DNA from: Deltaproteobacteria bacterium | GTDB taxonomy: Bacteria > Bacillota > Desulfotomaculia > Desulfotomaculales > JAGUVT01 | Direction of reading: 5' to 3' | Assembly (NCBI GenBank): GCA_020062745.1 | Contig: JAGUVT010000016.1 | Coordinates: 1-62,782 of the forward strand | DNA length: 62,782 nt | Shown here: piece by piece, positions 36,634-45,397 of the stretch | Layout: each line of letters begins with the position of its first letter | How positions within the stretch are numbered: position 1 is the stretch's first letter | The notes under the pieces: model-generated | The model's database searches: none | What the model was told of the DNA's origin: nothing | What the model saw: only the letters and a program-made list of their open reading frames with translations | Position numbers and translations under genes: made by a program

Positions 36634-38160
36634 ATGAATGGAGTAACGGAACGCCTCAGGGTAAACCAGGTGATTGCAGAAAATACCGCCCAGGCCGTAG
36701 TGCGGGGGAAAATTATGGTGCCGGATGCGAAACCTGATGTGGATAAAATTCTTTCCACTGATAAATCGGTCAAGGTAAAAAAAGTGGAAATTGTTAAAGA
36801 CAAGGTTATTGTAGCAGGAACCCTGTCTGTACAGGTTGTTTATGTTGCTTTGAAGCCGGATCAGGCTGTTCACCATATGTGGGGAGAGATTCCTTTTACG
36901 GCTTTTGTAGACGTTGAAGGCGCGGAACCGGGGATGGAATACTATGTTAAGCCAACCGTGGAAGATTTAAGCATATCCCGCAGTGCGGATAATCCGCGGA
37001 AATTTGATGTAGTGGCAGTGTTGAGCATTTTCGCCAAGGTTACCGATGTAGAAGAAGTAGATGTAATGGTTGAAGCGCCGGAGGGCGCCGAGGCCACGAC
37101 GGAAAAATTTAAGGTGGAACATGTTATCGGCAGCGGGACCAAGCAGGTTGTGGTCAGCGAGGAGTTCGACATACCCGATGAAAAGCCGGACGTGGAAAAA
37201 ATTCTGAATGTGGATGCCGAAGCCACCATTACCGGCAAGCGGATTGTGAAAAACAAGGTGATTGTTGATGGAGAAGTGCGGCTGCAGGTAATGTACGTGG
37301 CGCTGAAACCGGAACAACCGGTCCATGACCTGCACAAGACCTTGAAATTCGGCGACTACATTGATGTAAAGGGCGCCGAGCCGGGCATGAACGCCCGGGT
37401 GCGGGCGGTGGTGGAGAGCGCTGAAGTAGAGCCGGTAGAGGACCCGAAGCTTTCGGCCGATGTGGTTTTGAAGCTTATCGCCAATGTTACCCAGACCAGG
37501 CAGGTGGATGTGGTAGTTGATATCAAGGACATGGAAACAACCAAGCGGAAACTGAAACTGGACGAGGTGGTGGGTGAAGACACTACGCAAGTTATTTTGC
37601 GGGATACCGCGGAGATTCCCGATCCCAAACCGGATGTGGCCAAGGTTATTGAAACCAAGGTAGATAAGGTGGATATTACCGATACCAGTGTGATCAAGGA
37701 CAAGGTGCTGATCAAGGGCGCGGTGGAAGTACAGGTTATTTATGTGAGCGATAAGCCGGACCAGGCGGTTCACGTTCTGCACCGCCGGCTGAACTTCCGT
37801 ACTTTTATCCCCATACCCGGCGCCGCTCCGGGAATGGATGTAGATGTGAAGTCAATGGTGGAATTTGTTGAGGCCAAACCGGAAAATACCAATTTGAACA
37901 TTGAAGTGGTGTTGAAGCTTATGGCCAAAGTTACGGAAATGATGCAGCGGGAAGTGGTTGTTTCGGCGGAAGGGCCTCCTACTTGCAAGCCGGGCGAGAT
38001 TATCAGCTACACGGTGAAAGCAGGGGATACCCTTTCGGCAATTGCCGGCCGGTACGGCACTACGGTGAATAAAATACTGGAGCTGAATCCCGGGATTACC
38101 AATCCGGATGTTATTGACGTCGGCCAGGTGATCAAAGTGCCCTGCGAGGCAAAAGGTTAA
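36634..38160 (+). CDS. SipL-like spore morphogenetic protein: three DUF3794/SPOCS repeats plus a C-terminal LysM
   Basis: AGGAGG lies 7 nt before ATG 36634. Three ~150-aa repeats each begin PD.KPDV.K(I/V). The C-terminal LysM is [30 protein letters not shown]...[10 protein letters not shown]. Confidence 0.65.
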   Translation: MNGVTERLRVNQVIAENTAQAVVRGKIMVPDAKPDVDKILSTDKSVKVKKVEIVKDKVIVAGTLSVQVVYVALKPDQAVHHMWGEIPFTAFVDVEGAEPGMEYYVKPTVEDLSISRSADNPRKFDVVAVLSIFAKVTDVEEVDVMVEAPEGAEATTEKFKVEHVIGSGTKQVVVSEEFDIPDEKPDVEKILNVDAEATITGKRIVKNKVIVDGEVRLQVMYVALKPEQPVHDLHKTLKFGDYIDVKGAEPGMNARVRAVVESAEVEPVEDPKLSADVVLKLIANVTQTRQVDVVVDIKDMETTKRKLKLDEVVGEDTTQVILRDTAEIPDPKPDVAKVIETKVDKVDITDTSVIKDKVLIKGAVEVQVIYVSDKPDQAVHVLHRRLNFRTFIPIPGAAPGMDVDVKSMVEFVEAKPENTNLNIEVVLKLMAKVTEMMQREVVVSAEGPPTCKPGEIISYTVKAGDTLSAIAGRYGTTVNKILELNPGITNPDVIDVGQVIKVPCEAKG

Positions 38161-38186
38161 ATTTTAATTTTGAGGAGGTTTGAAAA

Positions 38187-39239
38187 ATGGCAATAACTGA
38201 ATACTTCTACACCGAATCGCAGCCGGTAAGGTGCCTTGAGATTAAAGTGCCGGTTGTAGTGGCAAAAACAAATATAGAAGTAGCGGTGGATGTCATCAAG
38301 GATATGCCCGAACTGGTTTTAAAGGTTGACAGAATTGAAGCTACTGTACGCGACTTGAAAGGCAAGCCGTTTTTTGTCGAAGAGGTCAGCCCCGGTGAGT
38401 ATGAACTGGTGCCGATGAAAGACAAAGAAAGAAATGTGCTGGTAAAGAAAGTTGTGGTCAGCGGCACTCTGCACAAACAAATTTTTTACGTTAACAAAAA
38501 CAACGAATCGAAACACGTTGGAGAAGATGTGCCTTTTACTAAGCTGGTGGAATTGCAGGAACTGAAACCCGTGCAAAACAAGAAAGACGTTTTTGTCCAG
38601 TTTCATAACGTGGATGCCGAAGTCAACTGGGAACTGCCCCGGGCCAGCCGGCTGCACCAGACCGGTATTATTGAAATGACGGTCAAAGTGGTGGAAGACC
38701 GCCAGATTTTTGTGCAGACCTGCCCGACGCCGGGTGTAGTTCCGCCGGGTAACCTGCTTAAAGACGGCGGCCTGGAAATCTGGGCCGACCCCACTCACCC
38801 CGTCTTCTGGGGGGCCAGCAACGTTGCCCGGTGCGATATTGCCCACAGTGGCTCCTACTCTGCCGAGCTGGGCGCCTTATCTCCCATTCGGCCGGCTTCC
38901 CTCTACCAGATGGTGACCACGGGCATTATGGGCGGGCGCCAGTACCGGCTTAGCTTCTGGGCCAGGGAAAACAAAAAGGACGGCATGATGCCGGTAAGCG
39001 CTTTCGTGTTAAACGCCGAGGTGGTTTTCTTCAACCAGCACGGAGTCCAGGTGGGTATCGGCTCGCAGGTGGTACCCAGCGGGCAGGTGCCGGAAACCAA
39101 TTTCACGCAAATCCAGTTTGTTACCCATATGACTGATGACAGCGTGGCCTCCGCCCTGGTGCGGTTTACCTATGTGCCGGAACCCGGGAATACCAACATG
39201 GTGAAAATCGATGACGTGATCCTGGAAAGCTTGCCGTAG
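38187..39239 (+). CDS. DUF3794/SPOCS-like N-terminal domain fused to a C-terminal jelly-roll (CBM4_9-like) domain
   Basis: The N-terminal half resembles the repeats of the upstream gene (VVVSGTLHKQIFYV). The C-terminal pattern WADP...SGSYSAELG...YRLSFWAR...VKIDDVILE is typical of CBM-like beta-sandwiches. Confidence 0.55.
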   Translation: MAITEYFYTESQPVRCLEIKVPVVVAKTNIEVAVDVIKDMPELVLKVDRIEATVRDLKGKPFFVEEVSPGEYELVPMKDKERNVLVKKVVVSGTLHKQIFYVNKNNESKHVGEDVPFTKLVELQELKPVQNKKDVFVQFHNVDAEVNWELPRASRLHQTGIIEMTVKVVEDRQIFVQTCPTPGVVPPGNLLKDGGLEIWADPTHPVFWGASNVARCDIAHSGSYSAELGALSPIRPASLYQMVTTGIMGGRQYRLSFWARENKKDGMMPVSAFVLNAEVVFFNQHGVQVGIGSQVVPSGQVPETNFTQIQFVTHMTDDSVASALVRFTYVPEPGNTNMVKIDDVILESLP

Positions 39240-39260
39240 TAATTCAACAGAGAAAATTTT

Positions 39261-39316
39261 AGCCACAGAGGGCACAGAAAACACAGGCTCTTAAGTCCTC
39301 TGTGAACTCTGTGGCA
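39261..39316. repeat. Intergenic repeat locus L9 (module D inverted pair)
   Basis: GCCACAGAGGGCACAGAAAACACAGG...CCTCTGTGAACTCTGTGGC between convergent genes; it may also act as a terminator. Confidence 0.7.
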
Positions 39317-39322
39317 AAAGTT

Positions 39323-39718
39323 TTAAGTCTTTGGCTCCCCGGTAGTTGAACCTGTTTCAGTGCCGGGCGGTTTTTTGCTTACGGGGGCGCCTCCCAGGAG
39401 GCCGCCCAGCATTTGCATCATGCCGGTCAGTTCCTTTTGCCCGATACCCTGGTTTTTCAAAAGGTTTAGCAGTGCTGCCGGATCAATTTTGTCTCCCACC
39501 AGGCCGGCGAGCCCGGCCAGACTTTCCATGCCGCTGCCGGCCGTTGTTTTGGTTCCGGCAGCCAATTTTCTGTCGATTAAATTAATAATTCCCAGGAGGT
39601 TAATCAGGCTAAGCATTATCAGCGTGTTGCCCGATTCACCCCCTTGTTTTGATATGGTTTCCAAAAGCCGAAAGGCAGTTTCTTCCAGGCTTTTGTTGTC
39701 CTGACTCTGTTCAGACAT
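39323..39718 (-). CDS. Hypothetical small protein P1 (Gly/Leu-rich; paralogous N-terminal motif with P2)
   Basis: GGGGG RBS then ATG (39718 or 39724). Motif TLIMLSLINLLGIINLID. Confidence 0.55.
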   Translation of the reverse strand: MSEQSQDNKSLEETAFRLLETISKQGGESGNTLIMLSLINLLGIINLIDRKLAAGTKTTAGSGMESLAGLAGLVGDKIDPAALLNLLKNQGIGQKELTGMMQMLGGLLGGAPVSKKPPGTETGSTTGEPKT

Positions 39719-39875
39719 ATCCATACCCCCATATTTAACTAAAGTCAACTAAATATATGCAGCGTTTTGCGAAACTTGCCTGAAATAAAGGTCTGTGCAC
39801 CCGGTAAATTTTTGTTGCCGGATGAATATATATTTAACAGTAAGATTTACCGGAAGGGTAAAGGAGTGGTGTTGT

Positions 39876-40307
39876 TTGAGCGGCGGGCTGGCCGGGCTGG
39901 TTTATCGGATTTTGGATGGGCCGGCGGCAAAAAGCGCGGACCAGGAAACCCTGCTTATTGCTTTAAGCGCGTTGAATCTTGCCGGCATTTTAACTGCCCT
40001 GGACCTCTGCAGCCGGGATATTGCGGCGCCGGTTCGGGTTACCGGGGCAGGGACCGGTCAGGTGACGGATACCGGCGGTAATTTACGAGCAGTTGATTTT
40101 ACCCCCGCCCTGCCGGGCCATTCGACCGGCTGTGTCTTAAGCAGACCGGAACTTTCCAGGGGAGCCGGGGTGAAAAAGAGAGAAAGAGGGTTACCGGCCG
40201 GAAAAGAAAGCGGTACCGGGAAAACTCCGGCCGGTACCGGTTCCGGCCGCACGGCGCCGCGGGTAATAAGGTGGGCCGGCTGGGATGAAAAAACTAAACC
40301 GTTATGA
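39876..40307 (+). CDS. Hypothetical small protein P2 (paralogous N-terminal motif with P1)
   Basis: AAGGAG lies 9 nt before TTG 39876. Motif TLLIALSALNLAGILTALD. Low-complexity Gly/Thr/Arg C-terminal half. Confidence 0.45.
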   Translation: MSGGLAGLVYRILDGPAAKSADQETLLIALSALNLAGILTALDLCSRDIAAPVRVTGAGTGQVTDTGGNLRAVDFTPALPGHSTGCVLSRPELSRGAGVKKRERGLPAGKESGTGKTPAGTGSGRTAPRVIRWAGWDEKTKPL

Positions 40308-40313
40308 CCCTGC

Positions 40314-40381
40314 CGGCGAAGCGAATCAGTCCCGTATGAGCTTTCAGCCGTCAGCTATCAGCATAAAGCCCTCGCAATGAC
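40314..40381. repeat. Intergenic repeat locus L10 (module B in reverse orientation, half module A)
   Basis: CTTTCAGCCGTCAGCTATCAGCATAAAG then CTCGCAATGAC. Confidence 0.8.
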
Positions 40382-40404
40382 AATTGGAGGTTCGCTTTAG
40401 AAAG

Positions 40405-40443
40405 AATTAAGCCCGCCTGTCTGATCTGCAGGCGGGCTTAATT
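40405..40443. terminator. Bidirectional hairpin terminator
   Basis: AATTAAGCCCGCCTG-loop-CAGGCGGGCTTAATT, a 13-15 bp stem flanked by A/T on both sides, between convergent genes. Confidence 0.8.
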
Positions 40444-40453
40444 AATTTAATGC

Positions 40454-40717
40454 TTATGTATCCGTGTTTTGATACGGTTTTGCGGTCGGTTCTTCATTAT
40501 CGGCCGTTGGTTTGGTTTTTATTTCCTGGCCGGTTTTGTTTCCGGCCTGCTGGGACTGGGCAATTGACATTACCACGGCGTGGAAATTGTCGAGACCTTC
40601 TTTAATGCTTTTAATGGATTCTTTGGTGGTTGAAATAAGGGAACCCAAATGTTCCAGCTTCTTTTCAGCTTCTGGTTGATTGGCCAGTAAAAAAAGGATG
40701 GCGAGCAACCGATGCAA
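40454..40717 (-). CDS. Hypothetical small protein P3
   Basis: GAAGGAAGGAG RBS; TTG at 40717 (or 40726). Hydrophobic N-terminus LLAILFLLA then a helical, acidic/basic tail. Confidence 0.45.
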   Translation of the reverse strand: MHRLLAILFLLANQPEAEKKLEHLGSLISTTKESIKSIKEGLDNFHAVVMSIAQSQQAGNKTGQEIKTKPTADNEEPTAKPYQNTDT

Positions 40718-40912
40718 ATTTCCCAACTCCTTCCTTCTCAGGTTTTTAGTATTCGCAACTGTTCAGCGGCCGGCAATCAACCGCTGATATAATCATTAAT
40801 ATCCTATGATTTTTTTCCTTGATCGGTACCAAAGCAAAGAATCAGGTTTTTTGGGTTAAATTAATAAGGTGTTGATTAATCTTCTTTATTAAAAAAAGAA
40901 AGGAGTTTTGGT

Positions 40913-41359
40913 GTGGGGGTTAAAGTTTTATCGCTTGTTATAGCGTCTCTGGCGGGGGTGGCCATGGCGGTCCAGGGTTCCATCAACTCTGCCCTGGGTA
41001 AAATAATTGGTTTGTGGGAAACTACTTTTATTGTGCACCTGGTTGGGCTGGTGCTGGTAACGTTTTTGTTGTTTGGCTGCAAGCTGGGTGACGGCTGCTG
41101 GGATCGGTTTTTTCAAGCACCCTGGTACGCTTATCTGGGTGGAGTGCTGGGTGTGCTGATTATTTACGGCGTGGTCCGTAGTATTCCCCAAGTGGGTGTG
41201 GCGCCGGCTACAACCGCGATAATTCTCGGACAGGTTTTCACAGCCAGCTTGGTGGACCATTTCGGTCTTTTCGGCATGCAAAAAATCTCTTTTAGCTGGT
41301 ACGACGGGTTGGGTACCTTGCTCATGGCCGGCGGCGCCTGGCTGTTACTTAAACAGTGA
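40913..41359 (+). CDS. DMT-superfamily transporter, DUF606 (YdcZ-like)
   Basis: 148 aa with about 5 TM segments. N-terminal AGVAMAVQGSINSALG motif. Confidence 0.75.
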   Translation: MGVKVLSLVIASLAGVAMAVQGSINSALGKIIGLWETTFIVHLVGLVLVTFLLFGCKLGDGCWDRFFQAPWYAYLGGVLGVLIIYGVVRSIPQVGVAPATTAIILGQVFTASLVDHFGLFGMQKISFSWYDGLGTLLMAGGAWLLLKQ

Positions 41360-42076
41360 ATGTAATGCCAGGATGGAAACAAACCCCGCCAGTATTCCCG
41401 TCCCGGCTGCAAAGCGGTTTTGCCGCATGGATTCGGGAATCAGTTCAACCGGCACGATGTAACCCATAGCCCCAGCGGCAAAAGCCAGTATAAAGCCGAT
41501 GAGATTATCGGAAATGCTGATTATTACCAACCCTAAAATAACACCCAAGGGAGTTATCAAGCTGATCAAGGCGCTTAGGACAGCCACCTGTTTTGCTTCC
41601 AGGCCGCCGAAGCGGAGAGGAACTGCGGCCGCCATTCCCTCTGGAATGTTATGCAACCCAATGGCCAATACCAGGAGAGACCCCAGTTTTTCACTGGTTT
41701 CAAAGGCGGCGGCGATGGCCAGTCCTTCCGGCAAGTCATGTATGGCGATGCCGGCAGCAATCAGGTAGCCTATTTTTAAATATTTGTTACTGTAAGATGA
41801 GAAGTAGTGAAAGTTGTTGAGAAGCATATCCAGAGCGTACATAAGGCCGGCTCCCCCCCAGAAACCGGTTAGTGCTGTTTTAAAGTTGCTGTGCTGGTAA
41901 GCTGAGGGTAAAAGGTCGCATAGAATTACGGCCGTCATAATGCCGGCAGCCAGCCCGGGCAAGAAAGAGAGGGTGCTTGGGCGCATCCTGCCGAACCTTA
42001 TTGTGATCATGGTTCCGGCTAAAGTGCCGAGTCCGGCTGCCAGCCCCATCAGGACGGCCCCCACCCGTGCTCTCAC
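41345..42076 (-). CDS. ZIP-family divalent metal transporter (ZupT-like)
   Basis: IAIHDLPEGLAIA and GLHNIPEGMAAA signature helices. Confidence 0.9.
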   Translation of the reverse strand: MRARVGAVLMGLAAGLGTLAGTMITIRFGRMRPSTLSFLPGLAAGIMTAVILCDLLPSAYQHSNFKTALTGFWGGAGLMYALDMLLNNFHYFSSYSNKYLKIGYLIAAGIAIHDLPEGLAIAAAFETSEKLGSLLVLAIGLHNIPEGMAAAVPLRFGGLEAKQVAVLSALISLITPLGVILGLVIISISDNLIGFILAFAAGAMGYIVPVELIPESMRQNRFAAGTGILAGFVSILALHSLFK

Positions 42077-42139
42077 CTGCCTGTTAAATTAGGTGTTCAG
42101 ACTATCTTATTAGATGAAACGCAGGGGTATGTGTAAATT

Positions 42140-42673
42140 TCAGTTGGGGATGATAATCGGTTGGCCGGGATAGATCCGGTCGGGGTCTGTAAGATTATTG
42201 ACCTGGATAATTAAATCCAGCGGCCGGCTGTATAAGCTGGCAATTTGCCATAATGTTTCGCCCGGCCTGACCGTGTGTACTTTGCCGGCAGGCGCCACCT
42301 GCGGCTGGCCGGTGCCGCCTGCTGTAACAGTTATTACCACTGGTGCTCCGACGTTCACCAGGGGGAACAATTCCTCCACGTCTCTGTTGTGCATACGGAT
42401 ACAACCGTTGGAAACATAACCGCCGATAGAGGCGGGATTGTTTGTACCGTGAATACCGTAGACCCCGTCCGGAATGCTTAAGCCCAGCCAGCGGCTGCCG
42501 AGGGCGCCGCCCGGGTTAAGTATTTTATTGATCACTTTATAACTGCCGATCGGAGTAGGTGTAGACGATTTTCCTACTCCTACCGGGTAGGTTTTTACCG
42601 GGCGTTCGCTTTCGTGGAAAGTGAGCTGCCGGTGATAAGTATTAACTGTAACGTGACTGCCGTAAGCGCGCAT
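42140..42673 (-). CDS. L,D-transpeptidase (YkuD domain) with a C-terminal LysM
   Basis: GIHGTNNP...SNGCIRM catalytic motif. LysM HTVRPGETLWQIASLY...NLTDPDRIYPGQPIIIP. Confidence 0.92.
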   Translation of the reverse strand: MRAYGSHVTVNTYHRQLTFHESERPVKTYPVGVGKSSTPTPIGSYKVINKILNPGGALGSRWLGLSIPDGVYGIHGTNNPASIGGYVSNGCIRMHNRDVEELFPLVNVGAPVVITVTAGGTGQPQVAPAGKVHTVRPGETLWQIASLYSRPLDLIIQVNNLTDPDRIYPGQPIIIPN

Positions 42674-42759
42674 TTTTTTAAGCCCCCTTTTTTGTAATGC
42701 TTAGACGAACCCCCAACGCTATTGTAAGTTTTTTAATAAATATTTTATGAAAGTTTTGG

Positions 42760-42787
42760 TTGGATATCACCTTTTCTAATTTATAAT
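42760..42787 (+). promoter_or_regulatory. Candidate sigma-A promoter for ispE (TTGGAT-16-TATAAT)
   Basis: Hexamers read directly, 40 nt upstream of the ispE start. Confidence 0.45.
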
Positions 42788-42827
42788 GAAAACATGGTAA
42801 ACTTGAGGAAGATTATTCTGGTGGAAG

Positions 42828-43691
42828 GTGTTTATTTTGCTGGTGGTAAAAGCGCACGCCAAGATTAATTTTACCCTGGACATTCTGGGCTTAAGGGCAG
42901 ATGGTTATCATGAGGTAGAAACGGTTATGCAGTCCGTGGCCTTACATGACCTTCTGGAGTTTTTCCCTACATCCGGAGGAACCGCCCTGACGGTAGAAGG
43001 GGAAGGAGTTCCGGCGGGTGAGGACAACCTGGCGTACCGGGCTGCCGAATTGCTTCGCAGTCATACCGGAACCGGAAAAGGGGTACGGATCAGGCTGGTT
43101 AAAGTCATTCCGGCGGCGGCCGGGCTGGGCGGCGGTTCTGCTGATGCGGCGGCTGTCTTGCAAGCGTTAAATTTGCTGTGGGATTTAAACCTTGACTGGC
43201 CGGAGTTATTATCACTGGGGAAAAAGTTGGGGGCGGATGTTCCTTTTTGTCTGGTTGGCGGTACTGCTCTAGCTCGGGGCATTGGTGAACTGGTTGAGCC
43301 TTTACCGCCGGCCCCGGTTATGGGACTGGTGCTGGTAAAGCCGCCTTTTACTGTATCAACGGCAACTGTTTATCGAAATTTTGACCCTGGTCACGCTGGA
43401 AGGCGGCCGGATAATATGGCTATGATTAAGGCTATAAAGAAAAAAAATATTTCCGGAATTGCCGCCGGTCTGGGCAATGTGCTGGAGCCAATTACTACAG
43501 CCATGCACCCGGAAATCTATATTATTAAAGAAAAACTGCTGGCTGCCGGTGCTATTGGGGCGCTTATGTCGGGCAGTGGTCCTACGGTATTTGGTATAAC
43601 CGGTACTGATTTAGAGTCTGCTTACCGGATAGCCGGGCGATTTTTTCAGGAAAATGAGCAATTGTTGGTAACATCGACCTTTGTCGGTTAA
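42828..43691 (+). CDS. ispE: 4-diphosphocytidyl-2-C-methyl-D-erythritol kinase
   Basis: KAHAKINFTLDILG, GHMP motif PAAAGLGGGSADAAA. Confidence 0.95.
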   Translation: MFILLVVKAHAKINFTLDILGLRADGYHEVETVMQSVALHDLLEFFPTSGGTALTVEGEGVPAGEDNLAYRAAELLRSHTGTGKGVRIRLVKVIPAAAGLGGGSADAAAVLQALNLLWDLNLDWPELLSLGKKLGADVPFCLVGGTALARGIGELVEPLPPAPVMGLVLVKPPFTVSTATVYRNFDPGHAGRRPDNMAMIKAIKKKNISGIAAGLGNVLEPITTAMHPEIYIIKEKLLAAGAIGALMSGSGPTVFGITGTDLESAYRIAGRFFQENEQLLVTSTFVG

Positions 43692-43780
43692 ATTTAACAG
43701 GGTTGCAGGAGTTTTATAAATGAGTATAAAATATATAATAGGTGATAATTACGTAGCATTTTTTCAAGGGGGAGTGATTA

Positions 43781-44473
43781 TTGGATAAGCCCAGGCTGGT
43801 GCCGATCCGGCTGGATAATTATAAGCCTTTACGGGAACTGGTGTTTGAGTCCCTGCGGGAGGCGATTATTGAGGGGCGCTTAAAACCAAATGAGCGATTG
43901 ATGGAAATCCAGTTGGCCGAAGAAATGGGAGTCAGCCGTACCCCGGTGCGGGAAGCTCTCAGGAAGCTCGAACTGGAGGGTTTTGTGGTAATGGTTCCCC
44001 GCAAAGGGGCCTATGTGGCCGGCATATCAATGAAAGATATTGTCGATGTTTTTGAGGTCCGGGCGGCCCTGGAGGCACTGGCTGCCGGGCTGGCAGCGGA
44101 ACGTATTACCGAAGAAGAGCTAGATCAGTTGGAACGGTATCTGGTGCAGATATACGAGCTGAGTGAGGGAGATAATATCAATGCCATTGTGGAAGGAGAT
44201 ACCAGTTTTCATGATGTTATGTACCGGGCCAGCCGCAACCAGAGGCTGGTGCAGATCATAACCCACCTGCAGGAGCAAATCCAGCGCTTCCGTATGACTT
44301 CTCTTTCCCAGCCGGGCCGTACCAGGGTGGCCCTGGAGGAACACAAAAAAATTGTCGATGCGGTAGCTGAACGAAACGTGGAACTGGCTCAGCATCTGGC
44401 CCGGGAACATATTGAAAACGCCGAGCAGAGCCTGTTGAATACCTTAAAAGAGGGGAAGGAAACAGATGGTTGA
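43781..44473 (+). CDS. GntR-family transcriptional regulator (FadR/FCD subfamily)
   Basis: wHTH LAEEMGVSRTPVREALRKLELEG plus a helical FCD C-domain. Confidence 0.92.
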   Translation: MDKPRLVPIRLDNYKPLRELVFESLREAIIEGRLKPNERLMEIQLAEEMGVSRTPVREALRKLELEGFVVMVPRKGAYVAGISMKDIVDVFEVRAALEALAAGLAAERITEEELDQLERYLVQIYELSEGDNINAIVEGDTSFHDVMYRASRNQRLVQIITHLQEQIQRFRMTSLSQPGRTRVALEEHKKIVDAVAERNVELAQHLAREHIENAEQSLLNTLKEGKETDG

Positions 44474-45224
44474 CGCGGTTGTTTTAGCCGGGGGCCTTAA
44501 CAACGGCCGCTTAAAAAAATGCAGCCCGGCCCGTTTTGAGGCGTTGATAACCATTGGTACGAGGGCTATGGTTGATTATGTGGTTCATGCTTTACAGCAT
44601 TGCCCCCGTGTCGGCCGGATAGTGGTTGTCGGTCCGGCAGAAGAACTGGCTTTCCGCTTTAATAGCGGAGCGGTAAACGTTGTTGCTGCCAGGGATGGCA
44701 TTATTAAGAACATTGAAGCAGGGCTTGAGTGTTTGCCTGAAGCGAAACGGGTACTCCTGGTAACTTCCGATATTCCTCTCTTAACTGCCGGTATCGTGGA
44801 AAACTTTTTGAATCTTTGCGGTGCTATGGATGCCGACCTGTATTACCCCGTTGTCTCTCGCTCGGCGGTAGAAAGACGTTTTGCGTCGGCCAGGCGAACT
44901 TATGTGGCGCTAAAAGAAGGAGTTTTTACCGGCGGCAACCTGTTTTTGGTCAACCCGGCTGCTTTTGCCTGTTGTGTTGGGAAAGGAGAACAGTTGATTG
45001 ATTTGCGTAAAAGCCCGCTTAAACTGTCCCGCTTGTTGGGGGGCGGGTTTATGTTAAAGTTTTTGTTCCGCTTTCTGACTATTGGCGAAGTGCAGGAAAA
45101 GGTTTCTCAGTTACTGGGTATAAAAGGTGTTGCTGTTATTTCTAATGATCCCGAAATAGGGGTGGATGTGGATAAACCAGGCGATTTAGATCTGGTTACC
45201 CGTATTCTGGAAACTGCCAGATAG
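44466..45224 (+). CDS. Nucleotidyltransferase (MobA-like NTP_transf_3) family protein
   Basis: AVVLAGGLNNG N-terminal motif and TSDIPLL. The start overlaps the gntR stop (ATGGTTGA). Confidence 0.75.
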   Translation: MVDAVVLAGGLNNGRLKKCSPARFEALITIGTRAMVDYVVHALQHCPRVGRIVVVGPAEELAFRFNSGAVNVVAARDGIIKNIEAGLECLPEAKRVLLVTSDIPLLTAGIVENFLNLCGAMDADLYYPVVSRSAVERRFASARRTYVALKEGVFTGGNLFLVNPAAFACCVGKGEQLIDLRKSPLKLSRLLGGGFMLKFLFRFLTIGEVQEKVSQLLGIKGVAVISNDPEIGVDVDKPGDLDLVTRILETAR

Positions 45225-45397
45225 TCATTAGATGTGTCTCCGGCATAGATTAGTTTAGAATATAAAGCCGGGGGTGTTGAGAGATCGAGATCAAGGAGGT
45301 ATCAACGAAAGAAGATTTTTTCCGGTTTTGCCGGTTTGCCCGGGGAGGTTCTTTAAGGACTCTGGCCAGGAAGTTTAATCCGCATCTGAACCCGTCT

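Noticed and set aside
36967-37782. 271-aa minus-strand ORF (and 36942-37337, 37356-37715) antisense to the SipL-like gene
   Set aside because: These are shadow ORFs of a repetitive gene. Their repeat periodicity simply mirrors the plus-strand repeats, and they have no start context.
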